Source: Eledone cirrhosa
Lineage: Eukaryota
NCBI GenBank assembly: GCA_964016885.1
Contig: OZ024742.1
Coordinates: forward strand, 6,634,001-6,698,000
Direction: 5' to 3'
DNA length: 64,000 nucleotides
Below the pieces are notes generated by a model that made no database searches, had not been told where the DNA came from, and saw only the letters and a program-made list of their open reading frames with translations. Position numbers and translations under genes: made by a program. Of this stretch, positions 52,341 to 63,264 are shown one piece after another. The first letter of the stretch is position 1, and every line of letters begins with the position of its first letter.

Positions 52341-54449
52341 TAAAGTGTCGTGGGTGGTGTTGTAAGGACTGTGAGGTGATATAGCTGTAAGGAGAGGAAG
52401 TGGAAGGAACTTTATATAGTATAAAGTGTCGTGGGTGGTGTTGTAAGAACTGTGATGTGATATAGCTGTAAGGAGAGGAAGTGGAAGGACATTTATATAG
52501 TATAAAGTGTCGTGGGTGGTGTTGTAAGGACTGTGAGGTGATATAGCTGCAAGAAGAGGAAGTGGAAGGAACATCATATAGCATAAAGTGTCGTGGGTGG
52601 TGTTGTAAAGACTGTGAGGTGATATAGCTGTAAGGAGAGGAAGTGGAAGGACCTTTATATAGTATAAAGTGTCGTGGGTGGTGTTGTAAGAACTGTGATG
52701 TGGTATAGCTGTAAGGAGAGGAAGTGGAAGGACATTTATATAGTATAAAGTGTCGTGGGTGGTGTTGTAAGGACTGTGAGGTGATATAGCTGCAAGAAGA
52801 GGAAGTGGAAGGAACATCATATAGCATAAAGTGTCGTGGGTCGTGTTGTAAAGACAGTGAGGTGATATAGCTGTAAGGAGAGGAAGTGGAAGGACCTTTA
52901 TATAGTATAAAGTGTTGTGGGTGGTGTTGTATGGACTGTGATGTGATATAGCTGTAAGGAGAGGAAGTGGAAGGACCTTTATATAGTATAAAGTGTCGTG
53001 GGTGGTGTTGTAAGAACTGTGATGTGATATAGCTGTAAGGAGAGGAAGTGGAAGGACATTTATATAGTATAAAGTGTCGTGGGTGGTGTTGTAAGGACTG
53101 TGATGTGATATAGCTATAAGGAGAGGAAGTGGAAGGACCTTTGTATTGTATAAAGTGTCGTGAGTGGTGATGTAAGGACTGTGAGGTGATATAGCTGTAA
53201 GGAGAGGAAGTGGAAGGACATTTATATAGTATAAAGTGTCGTGGGTGGTGTTGTAAGGACTGTGAGGTGATATAACTGAAAGGAGAGGAAGTGGAAGGAC
53301 CTTTATATAGTATAAAGTGTCGTGGGTGGTGTTGTAATAGACTGTGAGGTGATATAGCTGTAAGGAGAGGAAGTGGAAGGAACTTTATAATGTATAAAGT
53401 GTCATGAGTGGTGTTGTAAGGACTGTGAGGTGATATAGCTGTAAGGAGAGGAAGTAGAAGGACCTTTATATAGTATGAAGTGTAGTGGGTGATGTTGTAA
53501 GGACTGTGATGTGATATAGCTGTAAGGAGAGGAAGTGGAAGGACCTTTAAATAGTATAAAGTGTAGTGGGTGGTGTTGTATGGACTGTGAGGTGATATAG
53601 CTGCAAGGAGAGGAAGTGGAAGGACCTTTATATTGTTATGAAGTGTCGTGGGTGGTCTTATAAGGACTGTGAGGTGATATAGCTGGAAGGAGAGGAAGTG
53701 GAAGGACCTTTATATTGTATGAAGTGTCGTGAGTGCTGTTGTAAGGACTGTGAGGTGATATAACTGTAAGGAGAGGAAGTGGAAGGACATTTATATAGTA
53801 TAAAGTGTCGTGGGTGGTGTTGTAAGGACTGTGAGGTGATATAACTGAAAGGAGAGGAAGTGGAAGGACCTTTATATAGTATAAAGTGTCGTGGGTGGTG
53901 TTGTAATAGACTGTGAGGTGATATAGCTGTAAGGAGAGGAAGTGGAAGGAACTTTATAATGTATAAAGTGTCATGAGTGGTGTTGTAAGGACTGTGAGGT
54001 GATATAGCTGTAAGGAGAGGAAGAGGAAGGACCTTTATATATTATAAAGTGTCGTGGGTGGTGTTGTAAGGACTGTGAGGTGATATAGCTGTAAGGAGAG
54101 GAAGTGGAAGGACCTTTATATTGTATGAAGTGTCGTGAGTGCTGTTGTAAGGACTGTGAGGTGATATAGCTGTAAGGAGAGGAAGTTGAAGGACCTTTAT
54201 ATTGTATGAAGCGTCGTGGGTTGTCTTGTAAGGTCTGTGAGGTGATATAGCTGCAAGGAGAGGAAGCGGAAGGACCTTTATATATTATAAAGTGTCGTGG
54301 GTGGTGTTGTAAGGACTGTGAGGTGATATAGCTGTAAGGAGAGGAAGTGGAAGGACCTTTATATAGTATGAAGTGTCGTGGGTGGTGTTCTAAGGACTGT
54401 GAGATGATATAGCTGCAAGGAGAGGAAGTGGAAGGACCTTTATATATTA

Positions 54450-55949
54450 CTAGCAGTAAAGCCCGGCGTTGCTCGGGGTCGCTCAGTAGCTGTGTTAAAG
54501 TTACAATGTTAAGTTTCTTTTTTGGCTTAAAAACTGTAGTGTCTACTGTGCAGACTTGCATGTGGTGTTTTTGATTAATATTCCCTCAAACAACAATATG
54601 CCTTATGAAGTTAAGAAAACATAACGATAACCCGAATGTTATAACAAAAGAGGATGCTGGGGATAAAAACTGCACTGGTTATTTATTAACAAAGATCGAA
54701 AATGTAAACACTGCAACGCAGAGAAAAACATTAGCGTAACCAAATTATCAGTTATGTCTGTCTGCACGCCTATATCACCTCTCTGCACGACTGTCTGTCT
54801 GCACGCGTATATCACCTCTCTGCACGACTATCTGTCTGCACGCGTATATCACCTCTCTGCACGACTGTCTGTCTGCACGACTGTCTGTCTGCACGACTGT
54901 CTGTCTGCACGCCTAACGACGAAATATTTGCTTGTTTTACGTAGTCTTTCAATAGACTTGTTTTCAAGTAAAAATATTGTTTTAAAATGCTTTTAAATGG
55001 AAATGAAGCAAAACGGAAGCTTAGTGTTCGAACTGATGAATTTTGCAGGTCAATATTTTGCTGGCTCGACAACTGTTCGTGTATTGTGTTAATGTCATTT
55101 TAAACGCTGAGAAAGCCAGCGTAATTTTTTACGTAAGACGCTCAATGTAAACAGAACAAAGGGAAATAACTGATAACTTACGCTCAAAAATCGATACATT
55201 ATATTCGATTTCGTCACATAGGGTGGGTCAATTTGAAATATTTTTTTTCTGATGTCTTCGCTAGGGCTCAATGTACAAGTATAGCAATTTTCGTGCAATT
55301 CCGTGAGAGATTCTAAGAGGAGATGTGTGCCAAAAATCGATAGACAGACAGACAACCACAGTTTTATATATATAGATGTCTGTCTGCACGCCTATATCAC
55401 CTCTCTGCACGACTGTCTGTCTGCACGCCTATATCACCTCTCTGCACGACTATCTGTCTGCACGCGTATATCACCTCTCTGCACGACTGTCTGTCTGCAC
55501 GACTGTCTGTCTGCACGCCTAACGACGAAATATTTGCTTGTTTTACGTAGTCTTTAAATAGTCTTGTTTTCAAGTAAAAATATTGTTTTAAAATGCTTTT
55601 AAATGGAAATGAAGCAAAACGGAAGCTTAGTGTTCGAACTGATGAATTTTGCAGGTCAATATTTTGTTGGCTCGACAACTGTTAAAGCCAGCGTAATTTT
55701 TTACGTAAGACGCTCAATGTAAACAGAACGAAGGGAAATAACTGATCACTTACGCTCAAAAATCGATACATTATATTTGATTTCGTCACATAGGGCGGGT
55801 CAATTTGAAATTATTTTTTTTCCGATGTCTTCGCTAGGGCTCAATGTACAAGTATAGCAATTTCGGTGCAATTCCGTGAGAGATTCTAAGAGGAGATGTG
55901 TGCCAAAAATCGATAGACAGACAGACAACCACAGTTTTATATATATAGA
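54450..55949 (-). mobile_element. Non-autonomous Helitron, copy 3 (1500 bp, partial dimer)
   Basis: CTAG at 54450, internal 5' end at 55376 and outer 5' end at 55949. Flanks are tatatta|ttaagtgtc. Confidence 0.9.
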
Positions 55950-56864
55950 TTAAGTGTCGTGGGTGGTGTTGTAAGGAATGTGAGGTGATATATGTAAGGA
56001 CTGTGAGGTGATATAGCTGTAAGGAGAGGAAGTGGAAGGACCTTTATATAGTATGAAGTGTCGTGGGTGGGGTTGTAAGTACTGTGAGGTGATATAGCTG
56101 TAAGGAGAGGAATTGGATGGACCTTTATATAGTATAAAGTGTCGTGGGTGGTGTTGTAAGGACTGTGAGGTGATATAACTGAAAGGAGAGGAGGTGGAAG
56201 GACCTTTATATAGTATAAAGTGTCGTGGGTGGTGTTGTAAGGACTGTGAGGTGATATAGCTGTAAGGAGAGGAAGTGGAAGGAACTTTATATCGTATAAA
56301 GTGTCGTGGGTGGTGCTGTAAGGACTGTGAGGTGATATAGCTGCAAGAAGAGGAAGTGGAAGGACCATCATATAGTATAAAGTGTCGTGGGTGGTGTTGT
56401 AAAGACTGTGAGGTGATATAGCTGTAAGGAGAGGAAGTGGAAGGACCTTTATATAGTATAAAGTGTCGTGGGTGGTGTTGTATGGACTGTGATGTGATAT
56501 AGCTGTAAGGAGAGGAAGTGGAAGGACCTTTGTATTGTATAAAGTGTCGTGGGTGGTGTTGCATGCACTGTGATGTGATATAGCTGTAAGGAGAGGAAGT
56601 GGAAGGACCTTTGTATTGTATAAAGTGTCGTGAGTGGTGTTGTAAGGACTGTGATGTGATATAGCTGTAAGGAGAGGAAGTGGAAGGAACTTTATATAGT
56701 ATAAAGTGTCGTGGGTGGTGTTGTAATAGACTGTGAGGTGATATAGCTGTAAGGAGAGGAAGTGGAAGGAACTTTATTTTGTATAAAGTGTCGTGGTTGG
56801 TGTTGTAAGGACTGTGAGGTGATATAACTGAAAGGAGAGGAAGTGGAAGGAACTTTATATAGTA

Positions 56865-57747
56865 CTAGCAGTAAAGCCCGGCGTTGCTCGGGGTCGCTCA
56901 GTAGCTGTGTTAAAGTTACAATGTTAAGTTTATTTTTTGGCTCAAAAACTGTAGTGTCTACTGTGCAGACTTGGTGATTAATATTCCCTCAACCAACAAT
57001 ATGCCTTATGAAGTTAAGAAAACATAACGATAACTCGAATGTTATAACAAAAGAGGATGCTGGGGATAGAAACTGCACTGGTTATTTATTAACAAAGATC
57101 GAAAATGTAAACACTGCAACGCAGAGAAAAACATTAGCGTAACCAAATTATCAGTTATGTCTGTCTGCACGCCTATATCACCTCTCTGCACGACTGTCTG
57201 TCTGCACGCCTATATCACCTCTCTGCACGACTGTCTGTCTGCACCCCTATATCACCTCTATGCACGACTGTCTGTCTGCACGCGTATATCACCTCTCTGC
57301 ACGACTGTCTGTCTGCACGACTGTCTGTCTGCACGCCTAACGACGAAATATTTGCTTGTTTTACGTAGTCTTTAAATAGACTTGTTTTCATGTAACAATA
57401 TTGTTTTAAAATACTTTTAAATGGAAATGAAGCAAAACGGAAGCTTAGTGTTCGAACTGATGAATTTTGCAGGTCAATATTTTGCTGGCTCGTAATTTTT
57501 TACGTAAGACGCTCAATGTAAACAGAACAAAGGGAAATAACTGATAACTTACGCTCAAAAATCGATACATTATATTCGATTTCGTCACATAGGGTGGGTC
57601 AATTTGAAATATTTTTTTTCCGATGTCTTCGCGAGGGCTCAATGTACAAGTATTGCAATTTCAGTGCAATTCCGTCAGAGATTCTAAGAGGAGATGTGTG
57701 CCAAAAATCGATAGACAGACAGACAACCACAGTTTTATATATATAGA
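56865..57747 (-). mobile_element. Non-autonomous Helitron, copy 4 (883 bp, monomeric, most divergent)
   Basis: CTAG at 56865 and TC at 57747. It has private deletions (near 56970, and ~53 bp at 57490 with CG microhomology). Flanks are tatagta|taaagtgtc. Confidence 0.9.
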
Positions 57748-60700
57748 TAAAGTGTCGTGGGTGGTGTTGTAATAGACTGTGAGGTGATATAGCTGGAAGG
57801 AGAAGAAGTGGAAGGAACTTTATATTGTATAAAGTGTCGTGGCTGGTGTTGTAAAGACTGTGAGGTGATATAGCTGTAAGGAGAGGAAGTGGAAGGACCT
57901 TTATATAGTATAAAGTGTCGTGGGTGGTGTTGTATGGACTGTGAGAGGATATAGCTGTAAGGAGAGGAAGTGGAAGGACCTTTACATAGTATAAAGTGTC
58001 GTGGGTGGTGTTGTAAGGAATGTGATGTGATATAGCTGTAAGGAGAGGAAGTGGAAGGACCTTTATATAGTATAAAGTGTCGTGATTGGTGTTGTAATAG
58101 AGTGTGAGGTGATATAGCTGTAAGGAGAGGAACTGGAAGGAATTTTATACTGTATAAAGTGTCGTGGGTGGTGTTGTAAGGACTGTGAGGTGATATAGCT
58201 GTAAGGAGAGGAAGTGGAAGGACCTTTATATAGTATGAAGTGTAGTGGGTGGTGTTGTAAGGACTGTGATGTGATATAGCTGTCAGGAGAGGAAGTGGAA
58301 GGACCTTTATATAGTATAAAGTGTCGTGGGTGGTGTTGTATGGACTGTGAGGTGATATAGCTGTAAGGAGAGGAAATGGAAGGATTTTTATATTGTATAA
58401 AGTGTCCAGGGTTGTGTTGTAAGGACTGTGATGTGATATAGATGTAAGGAGAGGAATTGGATGGACCTTTATATAGTTTAAAGTGTCTTGGGTGGTGTTG
58501 TAAGGACTGTGATGTGATATAGCTGTAAGGAGAGGAAGTGAAAGGACCTTTAAATAGTATAAAGTGTCGTGAGTGGTGTTGTAAGGACTGTGAGGTGATA
58601 TAACTGAAAGGAGAGGAAGTGGAAGGACCTTTATATAGTATAAAGTGTCGTGGGTGGTGTTGTAAGGACTGTGAGGTGATATAGCTGTAAGGAGAGGAAG
58701 TGGAAGGAACTTTATATAGTATAAAGTGTCGTGGGTGGTGTTGTAAAGACTGTGAGGTGATATAGCTGTAAGGAGAGGAAGTGGAAGGACCTTTATATAG
58801 TATAAAGTGGCGTGGGTGGTGTTGTAATAGACTGTGAGGTGATATAGCTGTAAGGAGAGGAAGTGGAAGGAATTTTATACTGTATAAAGTGTCGTGGGTG
58901 GTGTTGTATGTACTGTGAGGTGATATAGCTGTAAGGAGAGGAAATGGAAGGATTTTTATATTGTATAAAGTGTCGAGGGTTGTGTTGTAAGGACTGTGAT
59001 GTGATATAGCTGTAAGGAGAGGAAGTGAAAGGACCTTTATACTGTATAAAGTGTCGTGAGTGGTGTTGTAAGGACTGTGAGGTGATATAACTGAAAGGAG
59101 AGGAAGTGGAAGGACCTTTATATAGTATGAAGTGTCGTGGGTGGTGTTGTAAGGACTGTGAGGTGATATAGCTGTAAGGAGAGGAAGTGGAAGGACATTT
59201 ATATAGTATAAAGTGTCGTGGGTGGTGTTGTAAGGACTGTGAGGTGATATAGCTGCAAGAAGAGGAAGTGGAAGGACCATCATATAGTATAAAGTGTCGT
59301 GGGTAGTGTTGTAAAGACTATGAGGTGATATAGCTGTAAGGAGAGGAAATGGAAGGACCTTTATATAGTATAAAGTGTCGTGGGTGGTGTTGTATGGACT
59401 GTGATGTGATATAGTTGTAAGGACAGGAAGTGGAAGGACCTTTATATTGTATGAAGTGTCGTGGGTGGCCTTGTAAGGTCTGTGAGGTGATATAGCTGCA
59501 AGGAGAGGAAGAGGAAGGACCTTTATATATTATAAAGTGTCGTGGGTGGTGTTGTAAGGACTGTGAGGTGATATAGCTGTAAGGAGAGGAAGTGGAAGGA
59601 CCTTTATATAGTATAAAGTGTCGTGGGTGGTGTTGTAAGGACTGTGAGGTGATGTAGCTGTAAGGAGAGGAAGTGGAAGGACCTTTATATAGTATGAAGT
59701 GTCGTGGGTGGTGTTGTAAGGACTGTGAGGTGATATAGCTGCAAGGAGAGGAAGTGGAGGGACCTTTATTTCTTATTAAGTGTCGTCGGTGGTGCTGTAA
59801 GGACTGTGAGGTGATATAGATGTAAGGAGAGGAAGTGGAAGGACCTTTATATAGTATAAAGTGTCGTGGGTGGTGATGTAAGGACTGTCAGGTGATATAG
59901 CTGTAAGGAGAGGAAGTGGAAGGACCTTTAGATAGTATAAAGTGTCGTGGGTGGTGTTGTCAGGACTGTGAGGTGATATAGCTGTAAGGAGAGGAAGTGG
60001 AAGGACCTTTATATAGTATAAAGTGTCGTGGGTGGTGTTGTAAGGATTGTGATGTGATATAGCTGTAAGGAGAGGAAGTGGAAGGACCTTTATATAGTAT
60101 AAAGTGCCGTGGGTGGTGTTGTAAAGACTGTGAGGTGATAGAGCTGTAAGGAGAGGAATTGGATGGACCTTTATATTGTATAAAGTGTCGTGGGTGGTGT
60201 TGTAAGGACTGTGATGTGATATAGCTGTAAGGAGAGGAAGTGGAAGGACATTTATATAGTATAAAGTGTCGTGGGTGGTGTCGTAAGGACTGTGAGGTGA
60301 TATAGCTGTAAGGAGAGGAATTGGAAGGACCTTTATATAGTATAAAGTGTCGTGGGTGGTGTTGGAAGGACTGTGAGGTGATATAGCTGTAAGGAGAGGA
60401 ATTGGATGGACCTTTATATAGTATAAAGTGTCGTGAGTGGTGTTGTAAGGACTGTGAGGTGATATAGCTGTAAGGAGAGGAATTGGATGGACCTTTATAT
60501 AGTATAAAGTGTCGTGGGTGGTGTTGTAAGGACTGTGAGGTGATATAGCTGTAAGGAGAGGAAGTGGAACGACCTTTATATAGTATAAAGTGTCGTGGGT
60601 GGTGTTGTAAGGACTGTGATGTGATATAGCTGTAAGGAGAGGAAGTGGAAGGAACTTTATATAGTATAAAGTGTCGTGGGTGGTGTTGTAAGGACTGTGA

Positions 60701-62378
60701 GGTGATATAGCTGTAAGTAGAGGAAGTGGAAGGACATTTATATAGTATAAAGTGTCGTGGGTGGTGTTGTAAGGACTGTGGGGTGATATAGCTGTAAGGA
60801 GAGGAAGTGGAAGGACCTTTATATAGTATAAAGTGTCGTGGGTGGTGATGTAAGGACTGTGAGGTGATATAGCTGTAAGGAGAAGAAGTGGAAGGACCTT
60901 TATATAGTATAAAATGTCGTGGGTGGTGTTGTAAGGACTGTGAGGTGATATAGCTGTAAGGAGAGGAAGTGGAAGGACTTTTATATATTATTAAGTGTCG
61001 TGGGTGGTGTTGTAAGGACTGTGAGGTGATGTAGCTGTAAGGAGAGGAAGTGGAAGGACCTTTATATAGTATGAAGTGTCGTGGGTGGTGATGTAAGGAC
61101 TGTGAGGTGATATAGCTGTAAGGAGAGGAAGTGGAAGGACCTTTATATAGTATAAAGTGTCGTGAATGGTGTTTTAAGGACTGTGAGGTGATATAGCTGC
61201 AAGGAGAGGAAGGGGAAGGACCTCTATATAGCACAAAGTGTCGTGGGTGTTGTTGTAAGGACTGTGAGGTGATATCGCTCTAAGGATAGGAAGTGGAAGG
61301 ATCTTTATATAGTATAAAGTGTCGTCGGTTCTGTTGTAAGGACTGTGAGGTGATATAGCTGCAGGGAGAGGAAGTGGAACGACCTTTATATAGTATGAAG
61401 TGGCGTGGGTGGTGTTGTAAGGACTGTGAGGTGATATAGCTGTAAGGAGATGAATTGGAAGGACCTTTATATAGTATAAAGTGTCGTGGGTGGTGTTGTA
61501 AGGACAAGATGTGAAACAGCTGTAAGGAGAGGAAGTGGAAGGACCTTTATATTGTATGAAGTGTCGTGGGTGGTGTTTTAAGGACTGTGAGGTGATATAA
61601 CTGTAAGGAGAGGAAGTTGAAGGACCTTTATATTGTATGAAGTGTCGTGGGTGGTGTTGTAAGGACTGTAAGGTGATATGACTGTAAGGAGACGAAGTGG
61701 AAGGACCTTTATATAGTATAAAGTGTCTTGGGTGATGTTGTAAGGACTGTGAGGTGATATAGCTGCAAGTAGAGGAAGTGGAACGACCTTTATATAGTAT
61801 AAAGTGTCGTGGGTGGTGTTGTAAGGACTCTGAGGTGATATAGCTGCAAGGAGAGGAAGTGGAAGGACCTTTATATTGTATGAAGTGTCGTGGGTGTTGT
61901 TGTAAGGAATGTGAGGTGATATAGCTGTAAGGAGAGGAAGTGGAAGGACCTTTATACAGTATAAAGTGTCTTGGGTGGTGTTGTAAGGACTGTGAGGTGA
62001 TATAGCTGTAAGGAGAGGAAGTGGAAGGACCTTTATATTGTATGAAGTGTCGTGGATGGTGTTATAGGGACTGTAAGGAGAGGAATTTGAAGGCCTCAGT
62101 CGTGGGGACTGTGAGGTATTATATGTCTTTATATCATGGGGTTTACTTGTTGAAGACTGACACGGCTAACCAACAATATAAAAAATGTGGAGTGCATCCT
62201 ACCTGAAGATGCTGCTCCGTGAGGTGGGTGTGACTGATACAGTGAGTGATGCTGGCTCTATTCCGTGGCAATACTTCCACCATTATAACGGCACAGTTGA
62301 GCTATAATCCTCCTTCTCCATTTCCAACTATTTTTATTATTCAGTTTTTAAAAATACAAACCATTATATATTTAAACT

Positions 62379-62567
62379 GGGGCGGTGGATTGGCAGTATC
62401 GGTAGAGAGTCGGACACCATGCTTTCTAGCATAGAGTTACGCCCCTTGCCATTCTGAGTTCAAATCCCGCCGAGGTTAACTTTGCCTTTCATCCTTACGG
62501 GGTTGATAAAATAAAGTACCAGTAATGCACTGAGATAATTGCTGGCCTTGTGCCAAAAGTAGAAACA
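62379..62567 (+). mobile_element. tRNA-derived SINE, Octopus OK-type, with 16-bp TSD
   Basis: A-box-like ggcggtggattggcag and B-box-like gagttcaaatccc. The core actttgcctttcatccttacggggttgataaaataaagtaccag and 3' end ggccttgtgccaaaagtagaaac resemble octopus OK SINEs (recognised from memory, not searched). The direct repeat attatatatttaaact lies at 62363-62378 and 62568-62583. Confidence 0.85.
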
Positions 62568-62620
62568 ATTATATATTTAAACTAAAATGTGTTTAAACTA
62601 GTCGGGTAGCTCTGTACGAT

Positions 62621-63140
62621 GGTCATGTGACTAGGTAAGGCTAACACCAGTGATCTCCCCTTCTTACCTCTCAACTGAAGTTACATGACTAGGTAAAGCC
62701 AACACCAGTGGTTTCCCCCTTTTTACGTCTCAACAGAGGTCATGTGACCAGGTAAGGCCTAAACTAGTGATCTCCCCCTTCGTAGCTCTCAACAGTGGTC
62801 ATGTGATTAGGTAAGGCCAACACCAGTGGTCTCCCCTTCATTACCTCTTAACAGCGGTCAGGTAACTAGGTAAGGCCAACACCAGTGGTCTCCCCTTCAT
62901 TACATCTTAACAGCGGTCAGGTAACTAGGTAAGGCCAACACCAGTGGTCTCCCCTTCATTACATCTTAACAGCGGTCAGGTAACTAGGTAAGGCCAACAC
63001 CAGTGGTCTCCCCTTCATTACATCTTAACAGCGGTCAGGTAACTAGGTAAGGCTAACACCAGTGGTCTTCCCCTTCTTATCTCCTAACAGAGGTCACTTG
63101 ACTAGGTAAAGCCTGCACCGGTTATCTCCCCCTCTCATAC
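62621..63140 (+). repeat. 59-bp minisatellite, ~9 copies
   Basis: Unit ggtcaggtaactaggtaaggccaacaccagtggtctccccttcattacatcttaacagc. Units from ~62856 to ~63030 are near-identical and the outer units are diverged. Confidence 0.92.
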
Positions 63141-63264
63141 TTGACTTGAAGTATTGATTGGTTGTTAAACAGTATACTGTAAAGGCCGTCTGTCTAGAAG
63201 ATATTGAACAGTGATCGAAGTAAGAAGATTTAGAAGAGCAAAAGTATTGATTGGATTAGGTGAA

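Larger units (their letters stand above)
3144..62120 (+). repeat. 81-bp satellite DNA tandem array (about 660-670 monomers)
   Basis: Consensus aagtgtcgtgggtggtgttgtaaggactgtgaggtgatatagctgtaaggagaggaagtggaaggacctttatatagtata (81 nt) repeats head-to-tail with a few substitutions per unit and occasional indel variants (e.g. 82 and 85 bp). It begins abruptly at ~3144 and decays at ~62070-62120. Copy number is estimated as (span minus ~4.8 kb of inserts)/81. Confidence 0.98.

Noticed and set aside
48448-57747. Autonomous Helitron or TIR-type MITE/LTR element
   Set aside because: No RepHel ORF, no terminal inverted or direct repeats and no TSD.
3143-61507. Giant repeat-protein CDSs from the ORF track
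   Set aside because: They follow from a 27-codon G-poor monomer. Two frames are open at once, frameshift and stop variants are freely amplified, and there is no unique N- or C-terminus and no recognisable domain.
3144-62120. CRISPR array
   Set aside because: There are no unique spacers, the entire 81 bp repeats, there are no cas genes and the context is eukaryotic.
3144-62120. C2H2 zinc-finger tandem gene
   Set aside because: The period is 81 rather than 84 bp, and there is no C-x2-C-x12-H-x3-H motif or TGEKP linker in the consensus monomer.
62204-62302. Possible minus-strand exon ending in cag|gtagga
   Set aside because: The acceptor lacks a polypyrimidine tract and the peptide is unrecognisable.
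62379-62470. tRNA gene
   Set aside because: The A/B boxes belong to the SINE head; no cloverleaf is evident.
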